From the NCBI GenBank assembly GCA_963801815.1, contig CAWDGJ010000003.1:416001-480000 (forward strand): a stretch of DNA of 64,000 nt, given 5' to 3'. The DNA comes from an uncultured Verrucomicrobiae bacterium (GTDB lineage Bacteria > Verrucomicrobiota > Verrucomicrobiia > Chthoniobacterales > UBA10450). Shown in pieces: positions 23,028 to 33,385 of the stretch. A program made the translations under genes and the position numbers. The notes under the pieces are model-generated. The model made no database searches, was not told where the DNA came from, and saw only the letters and a program-made list of their open reading frames with translations. Position 1 is the stretch's first letter. Every line of letters begins with the position of its first letter.

Positions 23028-24221
23028 CTACGCCACCGCATGCGCGCTCTTGCGTTTGGTCACGCGATCCACAATTTCGCCGACGATTTTGCCGGTCGTG
23101 GCGATTTCTTCGGCAGTCGTGTTTTTGCCTAACGAAAATCGAACCGCCGATCGCGCGCGCTCCACGGGCAATCCCATCGCGAGTAAAACGTGCGAGGCCG
23201 AAACGCTTCCAACCATGCAGGCTGAGCCGCTCGATGCGCAGACGCCTTTTAGGTCGAGCGCAATGAGCAGCATTTCCGAATCGATCCCAAGCAAACTAAC
23301 GTTCAATGTGTTCGCAAGACGTGGCGCATTCTCGCCGTTCAACTTCGCATCGGGAACGTTTTGCGAAATCAGATTCCAAAGCTCGTCCCGCAGCTTTTGT
23401 TCGCGAGCCTGCTCCGGATGCTGATTCGACAAAACAAATTCGGCAGCCGCGGCCATTCCTGCGATCGCCGGAACGTTTTCCGTTCCCGGCCGGCGCAGGT
23501 TTTCGTGCGAACCGCCGAACAGAATTGGCTGAAGCGATAACCCACTCCGGAGAAAAAGAAAGCCGGCGCCTTTGGGTCCGTAAAATTTGTGCGCCGCGAA
23601 ACTGGCGGCATCGACCAATGAAATGTCGAGGTCGATCTTGCCGAATGCCTGCACGCAATCGCTGTGTAAGAGCACGCGGCGCTCGCGACAAATTTTCGAA
23701 ATTTCGCGCATCGGCTGAATCACGCCGGTCTCGTTGTTCGCGGTCATGACCGAAACCAATCGCGTTTCCGGCCGAATCGACCCAGCGAGCTGATCAAGAT
23801 CGACAACGCCGTCATTCGACGTGTCGAGCCAGGTCACTTCGAAGCCTTCGTGCTTTTCCAAATGTTCGACCGCGTGCAGCACCGCGTGATGCTCCGTTTT
23901 CTCGCAAATAACATGCGGCCTTGCGGAACTTGACTGTTTTAAACGGTCAAGTTTCTGGGCGCCATCCAATCGCGTCCGGGCGAGCCCGAGGACGGCGAGA
24001 TTACAGGATTCGGTGCCGCCGCCGGTGAAAACGATCTCGTTCGGCTTGGCTTTGATCAGGGATGCGATTTTGTCGCGGGCGTTATCAACCGCCGCGCGTG
24101 CGTTGCGCCCCGCGCGGTGGATACTCGAAGCGTTTCCGAAATTCTTACTGAAATACGGCTCCATCGCTTCGCGCGCGGCATCGCAAAGCGGCGTGGTCGC
24201 GTTGTAATCCAAGTAAATCAT
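23028..24221 (-). CDS. iscS: Cysteine desulfurase (IscS/NifS family)
   Basis: IYLDYNATTP, AHKFYGPKG and SSGSAC motifs. Confidence 0.93.
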   Translation of the reverse strand: MIYLDYNATTPLCDAAREAMEPYFSKNFGNASSIHRAGRNARAAVDNARDKIASLIKAKPNEIVFTGGGTESCNLAVLGLARTRLDGAQKLDRLKQSSSARPHVICEKTEHHAVLHAVEHLEKHEGFEVTWLDTSNDGVVDLDQLAGSIRPETRLVSVMTANNETGVIQPMREISKICRERRVLLHSDCVQAFGKIDLDISLVDAASFAAHKFYGPKGAGFLFLRSGLSLQPILFGGSHENLRRPGTENVPAIAGMAAAAEFVLSNQHPEQAREQKLRDELWNLISQNVPDAKLNGENAPRLANTLNVSLLGIDSEMLLIALDLKGVCASSGSACMVGSVSASHVLLAMGLPVERARSAVRFSLGKNTTAEEIATTGKIVGEIVDRVTKRKSAHAVA

Positions 24222-24277
24222 CGAGACTCTTCCTCGTGCTTTTTAATCTTGGTCTCGCTCGAGTCCGGAATCCAGAT

Positions 24278-24330
24278 CGTTTCGGTGAGGGCACCGAAAC
24301 GGACACGCGAGGCGCGTGTGCTCCCCAGAA
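24278..24330. repeat. Half copy of the 20033-20171 element
   Basis: cgtttcggtgagggcaccgaaacg hairpin plus cacgcgaggcgcgtgtgctccccagaa, abutting the cysE stop. Confidence 0.8.
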
Positions 24331-25248
24331 TCATTCCTTGAAACCGTTGTCATCGGCGTTCGCGGCTTTTCTGGATCGTTTCTGCACAATCGCAACCTCT
24401 TTTTCTTCATAATAAACCAGCGAGTTCGGCGGAACGCTTTTAGTGAGAAAGACATTCGCGCCGATCGTAGTGTTCGCGCCAATAATAGTGTCACCGCCCA
24501 TGATCGTTGTTCCGGCGTAAATGCAAACGCCGTCTTCGATAGTCGGATGACGCTTCTTCCCGCGCAACGCCTGGCCGGCAGCCAGCGAGCGCGCGATGAA
24601 CGACACGCCCTGATAAATTTTTACGTGCGCACCGATATTTGTGGTTTCGCCAACGACCACACCAGTTCCGTGATCGATAAAAAAGTGTGAGCCGATCTCC
24701 GCGCCGGGATGAATGTCGATGCCGGTGCGACTGTGGGCCCATTCGGTCATGATGCGCGGGATCAACGGGACTTTGTTGTAAAGCACGTGCGCCATTCGAT
24801 AAATCGCGATCGCTTCGAGTGACGGATAGGCGAGAATGATTTCCTCGTAACTCTTCGCCGCCGGATCCCCTTCATAAGCGGCGTCGATATCGGTCCATAA
24901 AAGTTTTCGAACTTCCGGCAACTGCGACACGAAGAAATCGAGAATCTCGTCCGCTTTGTGTTTCGTTTCATCGGTGGCTGGATAATCGCCAAAGCTTTTG
25001 CAAATCTCCGGCTTCAACCGGATCCGCAGTGTTCTGACTTTGCTCTTTGTGATGTCGGGTAAATCTTCGGAATCGGTCAGCGCCTCGCCGCGAAATCCAG
25101 GAAACATCAAGCTCATCAGATCGGCGCACGCATCTTCGATTGTCTGGCGCGACGGCAAGGTGGCGGCGGCGGCGAGATAATTGACCCCGCCGGTCTCGCC
25201 GTAGGTAGCGAGAAGCTCGTTTACCGCGTCTGTGCCGTTTTTGTTCAT
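24331..25248 (-). CDS. cysE: Serine O-acetyltransferase
   Basis: GDPAA, GIDIHPGA, FIDHGTGVVVGET and KRHPT motifs. Confidence 0.93.
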   Translation of the reverse strand: MNKNGTDAVNELLATYGETGGVNYLAAAATLPSRQTIEDACADLMSLMFPGFRGEALTDSEDLPDITKSKVRTLRIRLKPEICKSFGDYPATDETKHKADEILDFFVSQLPEVRKLLWTDIDAAYEGDPAAKSYEEIILAYPSLEAIAIYRMAHVLYNKVPLIPRIMTEWAHSRTGIDIHPGAEIGSHFFIDHGTGVVVGETTNIGAHVKIYQGVSFIARSLAAGQALRGKKRHPTIEDGVCIYAGTTIMGGDTIIGANTTIGANVFLTKSVPPNSLVYYEEKEVAIVQKRSRKAANADDNGFKE

Positions 25249-25299
25249 TCGAGGCTAATTATGCGCGATCAACGTCTAAAGCGCACGCGATTACTAGGG

Positions 25300-25446
25300 T
25301 CGAAATCCGAAATCCGAAATCCGAATCCGAATGTCGAATATCGAAACAAGCACGAACTAAATAAGCTCGAAATCCAAAAACAGATACTCTTTCGGCTATT
25401 GAACATTCGGCATTCGAAATTGTTTCGGGATTCGGATTTCGAGATT
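25300..25446. repeat. TCGAAACAA heptamer inverted array
   Basis: tcgaaatccgaaatccgaaatccgaatccgaatgtcgaatatcgaaacaa ... ttgtttcgggattcggatttcgag. Confidence 0.85.
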
Positions 25447-25525
25447 CCTGCTTTGCGACCAGGAGCCATGTCATATGGGTCGGCGAGACAACCCATTGAA
25501 AAGCCCCACGCGAACTCTAGGTTGA

Positions 25526-27784
25526 ATGGAGATGAAACCTTTTTCCGTTGCCGGAATTCCACCGGACGAACTGAACAGCTTTCTTTCCGGCACGCATTCC
25601 GATCCGTTCCGCATCCTCGGACCGCATCGGATGGGGGACGATCTCGCCATTCGCGCGTTTCGCCCAGATGCGCGCAAGGTTGACATTATTTTAGACGGGT
25701 CCGCCTCCGGCCCGAGCCGGACTGGCATTGAGACTACGGCGGATAAACTGCAGCCGATCGAGGCGGAGAAAATTCATCGCGACGGATTTTTCCAGGGTAG
25801 CGTGGCAAACGCGACTCGCGATCTCGATTACCGGCTGCGGATCACTAACTGGGACGGCTCGGAATACACGATGCGCGATCCGTATCAATACGGGCCGATC
25901 TTGGGCGAGATTGATTTGCATTTGTTCAGCGAAGGTCAGCATTGGCAACTTTACGAGAAGTTCGGCGCGCATTTACGCGAAATTAATGGTGAGCGCGGCG
26001 TTTACTTTGCGGTTTGGGCGCCGAATGCGCAGCGGGTCAGCGTGGTTGGCGACTTCAACGGCTGGGATGGCCGGGTGAATCCGATGCGAAGACTTCTCAG
26101 CGCCGGCGTGTGGGAATTATTTTTGCCCGACGTCAGCGAAGGCACGCACTATAAGTTCGAGATTCGCACGCAATCTGGCGCGCTCTTGCTCAAGAGCGAT
26201 CCGTTCGCGTTTTTCAATCAGTGGGGCAAGGAAACCTCGTCGCTCGTTTACAATCTCGAGCGCTACAGATGGAGCGACGGCGAATGGATGGAATCGCGGC
26301 GGAAAAAGGATTGGCCGAGATCGCCGATGAGCATTTACGAAGTGCATCTCGGTTCGTGGCGTCGCAAAAGCGGACGAGGGGAACCGGCATCTCAGTTATC
26401 TCGAGCTCGCCGAGACGCTGCTTCCGTACGTGCTGGAGATGGGTTACACCCACATCGAGCTGCTGCCGATTGCCGAACATCCGTTCGAAGGTTCGTGGGG
26501 ATATCAGGTCACAAATTATTACGCGCCGACCAGCCGTTTCGGAACTCCGGATGAGCTGCGCCATTTCATCGACAAATGTCACCAGGCCGGAATCGGCGTG
26601 ATCATGGATTGGGTGCCGGCGCATTTTCCGAAGGACGCGCACGCGCTGGCCGAGTTCGACGGAACCGATCTTTACGAGCACATGGACCCGCGCCAGGGCG
26701 AACACCAGGATTGGGGCACGCTCATTTTTAATTTCGGCCGCAACGAAGTGCGCAATTTCCTGATCGCGAACGCACTTTTCTGGCTCGACAAATATCACAT
26801 CGACGGGCTGCGGGTGGATGCGGTCGCGTCGATGCTTTATCTCGATTACTCGCGCAAGGAAGGGCAGTGGATCCCGAACGCTTTCGGCGGCCGCGAAAAT
26901 CTGGACGCGATTTATTTTTTGAAACGCTTCAACGAAGTTTGTTACGAGCGTTTTCCGGGAATCATCACCATCGCGGAGGAATCAACCGCCTGGCCCGGCG
27001 TTTCGCGCCCGACCTATCTCGGCGGCCTCGGCTTCGGATTCAAATGGAACATGGGTTGGATGCACGACTTTCTCGAATACATGTCGCTCGATCCGATTTA
27101 CCGGCGGTTTCATCACGGCAACATCACGTTCTCGCTGCTCTACGCGTTCCAGGAACATTTCATTCTGGTGCTGAGCCACGATGAAGTCGTGCACGGCAAA
27201 GCGCTCGCTCATTGTCGAAAATGCCGGGCGACGAATGGCAGAAGTTCGCCAATCTACGGATGTTTTACGCGTGGATGTACGGGCAGCCGGGAAAAAAATT
27301 GCTATTTATGGGCGGCGAGTTCGGTCAATGGCACGAATGGAACCACGACACGAGCCTCGATTGGCATTTGCTCGATCTGCCAATGCACGATGGCCTGCGC
27401 CGGCTGGTTCAACATTTCAATTACATTTACAAGAGCGAGCCCGCGCTTTGGCAACAGGACGACAGCTATGACGGCTTCGAGTGGATCGATTTCCACGACG
27501 CCGACAACAGCGTGGTTTCGTTCGTGAGGAAATCGCGCGAGGGCGAGATGGTCGTATTCGTCGTGAACGCGACGCCGGTGGTGCGTCACAATTATCGGCT
27601 GGGCGTGCCGCGTTCAGGGTTCTATCGCGAGATCATCAACACCGACGCGGAGACGTACGGCGGCGGCAATGTTGGAAATCTCGGCGGCGTGCAAAGCGAA
27701 GGCGTGCATTGGATGGGGCGCGAGCAATCGATTCTGATTCAGCTAGCTCCCCTGGCGACGCTGGCGTTCAAGTTAGAGTCTTAA
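25526..27784 (+). CDS. glgB: 1,4-alpha-glucan branching enzyme (apparent indels near 26375 and 27205)
   Basis: [31 protein letters not shown] and [10 protein letters not shown] motifs across three frames. Confidence 0.94.
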
Positions 27785-27900
27785 CTGTCGGCAAAAAGAG
27801 CGTTGACAGGTTGTAGGTCACCAGCCTATACGAGCGCAGGACTAAGTCCTATCTGTTGCGAAAATCGCCACAGATAACCCCAGAACAACCCCCTCAGAAT

Positions 27901-28629
27901 ATGAATCCTCTCAAGAACTGTCTGCTTCTCACTACGTCGCGACGCCGGTTGGCTATCACCGATGCCGCTTTTACCCTGATCGAACTGCTCGTTGTCATCG
28001 CGATCATTGCAACGATCGCTGCCTTTGCTGTACCCGCGCTCACCAGCGCGCTCGCGAAAGGACAGATGACTGGAACGATGAATAACGCACGCCAATTGTA
28101 TCTAGCTGGCTATCAAATGGCCTTGGATGGATCTGCTAATGGCGATGCGAACCTTGCCTGGCCGGGCGATTACACGAGCGGGATTTCTAACCTGCAAGAT
28201 TACGTCCAAAAGCTCGTGCAAAATGATTACCTGAAAGCGAGCGACCTCTCGAAAATCCTGAGCGCGCCCGGAGCGACGTGTACCGCAACCTCGACCGGCA
28301 CTGGCTCGTCAACCACGGTGACGTTGAGCGGTAATAGTGGGATCAAGGTTTATCCGGTCACTTCCGCAGATGGATCGAACACGATCTTCGCCGTCACCTC
28401 GAATTATACTTACAACACTGATTTTGCTTCGAGTGCGGGAACGCCGTACGGCGACAAAGGATTCGTGATCGTCCGCAAAGGCGGTGACGCGGCCGTCCTG
28501 CGCAAGAACAATGCAAAAGCGACTTCAGGGCAGGAGGCAAGTTTCGAGTCACTCGTTGGCAAGAAACCGGGCGAAGCTCAAGGCACTGTCACGTCCGGCG
28601 ATCCGGCCGGGGTTTTGAAGCAGCCGTAA
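27901..28629 (+). CDS. Prepilin-type N-terminal cleavage/methylation domain protein
   Basis: AAFTLIELLVVIAIIA motif followed by a Ser/Thr/Gly-rich domain. Confidence 0.88.
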   Translation: MNPLKNCLLLTTSRRRLAITDAAFTLIELLVVIAIIATIAAFAVPALTSALAKGQMTGTMNNARQLYLAGYQMALDGSANGDANLAWPGDYTSGISNLQDYVQKLVQNDYLKASDLSKILSAPGATCTATSTGTGSSTTVTLSGNSGIKVYPVTSADGSNTIFAVTSNYTYNTDFASSAGTPYGDKGFVIVRKGGDAAVLRKNNAKATSGQEASFESLVGKKPGEAQGTVTSGDPAGVLKQP

Positions 28630-28631
28630 TC

Positions 28632-29928
28632 TTAGGTCACGGTCGACTCGATTTCGCCGTCGCTAACGCGGGTCTTGATTTTCATTTTCGGTCGAACGGT
28701 TTCGACCGAACGAATCAGTTTACCGCGTTGGTCGGTAGTGATGCTATAACCACGGCGCAACGTCGCATCGGGGCCGAGCACCCGGAGAATTCCTTCGATC
28801 TTTTGAAATCGGTGGCGCGCATTCTCCAAAACGCGCACCGGCGATTCGACAAGTCGTCGTTGGAGGTCGCCGAACCGATTTTGGCGAAGCATCAGTTCCC
28901 GGGCCGGGCTGCGTGCCTGGAGGGCAGCGAGAGCGTGGATCAGTCCGCGTCGATAGTTGTCGATCTTGTGGACGAGGCAACGACGCAAAGTTTCGCGCGT
29001 GTGATCCAGCTGCTGCTGTGCGTCACGTAATCGATTGCGCAATTCGCGGCCGATTCCCCGCGAGCAAGCATCGATGTGCCGGCGAAGATCGGCAATGTCG
29101 GGGACGATCAACTCCGCCGCGGCGCTCGGGGTCGGCGCGCGCAGGTCGGCCACAAAGTCGGCGATAGTAAAATCAATCTCGTGACCGATGGCGGAAACAA
29201 TCGGCACATTCATGCTGGCGATCGTGCGTGCGACGATCTCCTCGTTGAATTCCCACAAGTCTTCGATGCTGCCGCCGCCCCGCGCGATGACGATGAGATC
29301 AACTGGACGCAAAATTTTCGTTCGGCGTCGCCAGTTCGCGGATTGCGACCGCGATTTCCTGGGCGGCGCCGGTTCCCTGAACGCGCACCGGACTAATTAA
29401 GATCGACAACCAGGGCGCACGGCGCCGAAGAACATTCAGAATGTCGCGGATGGCCGCACCGCTCGGCGAAGTTACGATTCCAATTCGTCGCGGAAATTTA
29501 GGCAACGCGCGTTTTCGCGCGGCATCGAAAAGGCCTTCGGTTTCGAGTTTGCGTTTGAGCGCTTCGAATTTCGCCTGGAGCGCGCCGCGGCCGAACGGCT
29601 GAACAATTTGGACGCTGAGTTGATATTGGCCGCGCGCCTCGAACACCGAAACCATTCCGAGGATTTGGACCCGGGCACCATCGACGAGCGTTTGTCGTGA
29701 TGTCGCCATCGCATCGCGCCAGATAACACACGCGATTTGGGCCCGCGCATCTTTGAGGGTGAAATACTGATGGCCGTTGGGGTGCGATTTGTAATTTGAA
29801 ACTTCGCCCTGCACCCAAACCGCGCCGAACTTGGCTTCGAGCGTGCCGCGAATGCTGCGCGTTAGTTCCGAAACCGTCAGCACTTTGGAAGTCTGCTGGA
29901 ACAAATCGGCTGTTAATTGCTTTTCCAC
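28632..29928 (-). CDS. xseA: Exodeoxyribonuclease VII large subunit (apparent indel near 29310)
   Basis: [30 protein letters not shown] and GHEIDFT motifs. Confidence 0.94.
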
Positions 29929-29935
29929 GCTTCAA

Positions 29936-30012
29936 TTAACCACGAAGAACACGAAGACTTAAACGGTTGGAATTTTACTTACCTTCGTGACCTTCGTGCT
30001 CTTCGTGGTGAT
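29936..30012. repeat. 9-nt CACGAAGAA / TTCGTG inverted array
   Basis: ttaaccacgaagaacacgaag ... cttcgtgaccttcgtgctcttcgtggtgat. Confidence 0.85.
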
Positions 30013-31025
30013 CAAAGGAGTTCCTGCTGCATTCCGGACGGCGGCTTGAGGCCGAGCTTTTTGTAAGCGTTTGCGGTGGCGACTCGGCCTTGAGGCGTGC
30101 GCTTGATGTAACCTTCCATAATCAAGTATGGCTCGTTCACTTCTTCGAGTGTGCCCGCCTCTTCGCCGACTGCGACTGCCAGCGAATTCAAACCAACTGG
30201 TCCGCCGTTGAATTTGTGGATCAATGTTTCGATGATGCGCTTGTCCCACTGATCGAAGCCGTCGCGGTCGATCTCCAGCATCGCAAGCGCAGCATCAGCA
30301 ACTTCCTTGTCGATCTTGCCTTGCGCTTTTACTTGGGCGTAATCGCGGACCCATCGGAGTAAATTGTTCGCGGTCCGCGGCGTCCCACGCGCACGAGCGG
30401 CGATTTCCGCAGCGCCAGCCGCGTCGATGTCAACTCCGAGCAATCGCGCGCTGCGCGTGATAATCTTCTGCATTTCATCCGCGCTGTAGTAATCGAGACG
30501 CGCCGTCATTCCGAATCGCGAACGCAACGGTGCACTCACCATTCCCGCGCGGGTGGTCGCGCCGACGAGTGTGAATTTTGGCAGCTGTAATCGGAGACTG
30601 CGCGCCTGCGGGCCTTGATCAATGATGATATCAAGCCGGTAATCTTCCATCGCGGGATAGAGGTATTCTTCAATTGTCGGTTGAAGCCGATGGATCTCGT
30701 CGATGAAAAGCACGTCGCCTTTTTCCAAACTCGTGAGTAGACCGGCGAGCTCGCCCGCTTTTTCGATCACCGGGCCGCTGGTGTTTTTGACGTTCACGCC
30801 CATAGCGTTGGCGATGATGTAGGCGAGCGTTGTCTTGCCCAGACCGGATGGGCCGCTCAACAGAATGTGCTCGAGCACGTCCCCACGTTTCTTCGCCGCT
30901 TCCACCATCAATTCCAAACGCTCACGCACCTTGATCTGGCCGGTGAACTCGCTGAACATCGGCGGTCGCAACGACATTTCGAACGCGGGGTCCGGTTCGG
31001 GTGGCTTCATTTTGGCGGCGTTCAT
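30012..31025 (-). CDS. ruvB: Holliday junction branch migration helicase RuvB
   Basis: [28 protein letters not shown] and RTPQGR motifs. Confidence 0.96.
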   Translation of the reverse strand: MNAAKMKPPEPDPAFEMSLRPPMFSEFTGQIKVRERLELMVEAAKKRGDVLEHILLSGPSGLGKTTLAYIIANAMGVNVKNTSGPVIEKAGELAGLLTSLEKGDVLFIDEIHRLQPTIEEYLYPAMEDYRLDIIIDQGPQARSLRLQLPKFTLVGATTRAGMVSAPLRSRFGMTARLDYYSADEMQKIITRSARLLGVDIDAAGAAEIAARARGTPRTANNLLRWVRDYAQVKAQGKIDKEVADAALAMLEIDRDGFDQWDKRIIETLIHKFNGGPVGLNSLAVAVGEEAGTLEEVNEPYLIMEGYIKRTPQGRVATANAYKKLGLKPPSGMQQELL

Positions 31026-31136
31026 TCGTATATCGTTAGGACAATAGCCCAGCGTTTCAGAAGATAACAAAGGAAGGTCGTCGATCTAGTCGCGTTTCTT
31101 CCGTGCGGTTGGGAACTTGGTAGCGCTGGGTTACGA

Positions 31137-31535
31137 TCAGTCCAGATTCTTGGTCAAGACCAGCTCCGTCCCGCGCCGTTTATAACAGTAATCCACTTTG
31201 TCAAAAATATGGCGCATCAACTGGATTCCGCGGCCGCCGGCTTTTGGTTGGTTAGAACCGAGCAGGTTTAAAGACTTGTAGATCGGCTCTCCATAATCTC
31301 GGACCCGTATTCGGACACAATCGCGTAAACCCTCCATCGACAATCGAATGAGTTGATCGTCTTGCATGGCGTAGGCGTAGCGAATCACATTGGTGCACGC
31401 CTCGTCAGTTCCGAGAACCATCAGAGCGCGTTGCTTTTCTGAAAACGGAAAATGACTAAGAAATTTTCGCACGAAATTCCGCATCAAGGCGAGGTTGGCC
31501 GTGTGGCTGGTAAACTCGAGTTTGTCTTTCTTCAT
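31137..31535 (-). CDS. RsbW-like anti-sigma factor (HATPase_c)
   Basis: DEACTNVIRYAY, RDYG and GGRGI motifs. Confidence 0.85.
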   Translation of the reverse strand: MKKDKLEFTSHTANLALMRNFVRKFLSHFPFSEKQRALMVLGTDEACTNVIRYAYAMQDDQLIRLSMEGLRDCVRIRVRDYGEPIYKSLNLLGSNQPKAGGRGIQLMRHIFDKVDYCYKRRGTELVLTKNLD

Positions 31536-31628
31536 TCGCCGGAGCAACGCTGCGCACGCTTGGGCGTTCAATCAAGTAGGATGAAAGCGAATTGGACAGT
31601 TATGGAAACCGGTTGTTCAGTCTGGCCC

Positions 31629-32357
31629 ATGTGGAAAACATTGGTTGCTCTGGTGATTTGCGCAGCGCCGGCGCTTGCTCAGGAACAATTTACCGCCTAC
31701 GACGCCCTTCGCGTGGTGGGCGTTCACATCAGCCGCGACGCCGTGAATCACGTTGTTTCCATGACCGGCACGCGGGGCTCTCCTCAACCGCAAACCTGGC
31801 GAATCCTGGTCTCTGATCGTGGCGGCTCTCGTGAAATTCAAGTGCGCAACGGCGAGGTCGTGTCTGATCGCCCGAGCTCAATGGTCGGATCATCTGAAGG
31901 TGCCACGATCAATACTTCGCGATTGAATCTCGATTCGAGCGGCGCGTTTCAAGTCGCCAGTCACATTGCCGATAAATCGGGAACACGATTCGACAGCGCC
32001 AGCTACACTTTGCGCACGGATCAACATGGCGATCCGGTTTGGATCGTCACGTTGCATGCGACCAACGGTCAACCTGTGGGGACGATTCATATCGGCGCGA
32101 ATCAGGGAACTGTGACCCGAACAGAAGGAATGTTCGCCGGAGCGACGATGAATGATGTCGCCACCGAAGAGCGCGTTTACCGCGAGCATCCTCACGCAGA
32201 AAACGGAGAAGAAGTCACCGATGATGAAGACGCCGACCACGGGCCCCTGTTCGGAGTTCGGCAACGGATGCGCGGATATTTTCGGAAGGCGCAGGATGAA
32301 GCGAGTGACGTATTTCAGCGGGCGCGCCAGTCATTTACCGACTTTATTAATCGCTGA
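31629..32357 (+). CDS. Secreted hypothetical protein (PepSY-like repeats possible)
   Basis: Signal peptide MWKTLVALVICAAPALA; LDSSGAF..A and PVWIV..GTIHIGA..G segments. Confidence 0.7.
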   Translation: MWKTLVALVICAAPALAQEQFTAYDALRVVGVHISRDAVNHVVSMTGTRGSPQPQTWRILVSDRGGSREIQVRNGEVVSDRPSSMVGSSEGATINTSRLNLDSSGAFQVASHIADKSGTRFDSASYTLRTDQHGDPVWIVTLHATNGQPVGTIHIGANQGTVTRTEGMFAGATMNDVATEERVYREHPHAENGEEVTDDEDADHGPLFGVRQRMRGYFRKAQDEASDVFQRARQSFTDFINR

Positions 32358-32440
32358 TTGAAACCGTGAGGCGTTGAAGCGGGTGAAAGCGAGTTTGACC
32401 TCCCGCTTTAACGCTTCAACCCTTTAACGCGTTAACGATT
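32358..32440. repeat. 8-nt GTTGAAGC/CTTCAAC inverted array
   Basis: ttgaaaccgtgaggcgttgaagcgggtgaaagcg ... ctttaacgcttcaaccctttaacgcgttaacg. Confidence 0.7.
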
Positions 32441-32442
32441 GT

Positions 32443-33375
32443 ATGGTTTGGCCAGAGTTGAACTACCCTGATTGGAAAGACACGTGTGCGACGTTGCACA
32501 TGTGGACCCAGATTGTCGGCAAGGTCCGGCTCAAGCTGACGCCGTGGACGAACCATTCCTGGCACGTGACGCTCTACGTGACTTCGCGTGGCTTGACCAC
32601 TTCGCCGATTCCGCATGGCACGAACACGTTTGAGATTCGTTTTGATTTCATCGATCACCATTTGCGCATCCTGAAAAGCGACGGATTGCAACGTTCGATC
32701 GAGCTCAAATCGCGCAGCGTGGCAGATTTCTACAAGACGGTCATGAGCGCGCTGGACGAACTGAATTTGCCGGTGAAAATTGACTTGGTCCCGAACGAGG
32801 TCGTAAATCCAATTCCATTCGACAAGGACGAAACGCATCGCGCCTACGACTCTGAATACGCGAACCGGTTTTGGCGTGTACTCGTGCAAGCGGACCGGGT
32901 ATTCAAAGAATTTCGATCACGCTTCTGCGGCAAGTGCAGCCCGGTGCATTTCTTTTGGGGCAGTTTCGATTTTGCGGTGACGCGCTTTTCCGGACGGCAA
33001 GCACCGCCACATCCCGGCGGCATTCCCCATTTGCCTGATGCGATCACGCGCGAAGCGTATTCGCAGGAAGTCAGCAGCCTCGGTTTTTGGCCCGGCGCCG
33101 ATGTCATGCCGCAGGCCCTCTTTTATTCCTATGCCTATCCCGAGCCGTCCGGGTTTGCTGAGGCGAAGACTAAACCCGAGGCGGCGTTCTATAATGCACA
33201 GCTCCGCGAATTCGTCCTGCCCTACGACGCAGTCCGGCAATCAAAATCGCCGGACGACACGTTACTCGAATTCGCTCAAAGCACCTACGACGCTGCGTCG
33301 ATGCTGGGGAAATGGGACAGGGTGGCGTTGGAAGAAGAGAAACCAACCTTGCATTCGGGCCAGCAACGTTCGTAA
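32443..33375 (+). CDS. DUF5996-like protein
   Basis: TLHMWTQIVGKVRL, SPVHFFWGSFDFAVTRFSGR and FYSYAYPEP motifs. Confidence 0.85.
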   Translation: MVWPELNYPDWKDTCATLHMWTQIVGKVRLKLTPWTNHSWHVTLYVTSRGLTTSPIPHGTNTFEIRFDFIDHHLRILKSDGLQRSIELKSRSVADFYKTVMSALDELNLPVKIDLVPNEVVNPIPFDKDETHRAYDSEYANRFWRVLVQADRVFKEFRSRFCGKCSPVHFFWGSFDFAVTRFSGRQAPPHPGGIPHLPDAITREAYSQEVSSLGFWPGADVMPQALFYSYAYPEPSGFAEAKTKPEAAFYNAQLREFVLPYDAVRQSKSPDDTLLEFAQSTYDAASMLGKWDRVALEEEKPTLHSGQQRS

Positions 33376-33385
33376 TTTGGTGAAG

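Noticed and set aside
25259..25562. Short ORFs over intergenic repeats (also 18070-18282, 19915-20316, 38910-39278)
   Set aside because: Translations such as FRISDF/EIRNP are by-products of heptamer and palindromic repeats, not credible proteins.
27803..27832. TTGACA upstream of the pilin-like gene as a promoter
   Set aside because: The -35 box is perfect but the candidate -10 (TATACG) lacks the conserved final T, so it is not supportable alone.
29929..30015. Two-step TTG/GTG bridging mini-ORFs across the ruvB-xseA insert (similar at 13059-13166)
   Set aside because: They need alternative start codons and re-initiation, which is too easily produced by chance to count with the three nuo cases.
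30829..30860. RuvB Walker A reads GPSGLGKT instead of the usual GPPGLGKT
   Set aside because: A single substitution at a variable P-loop position, possibly a base error; no functional claim can be supported.
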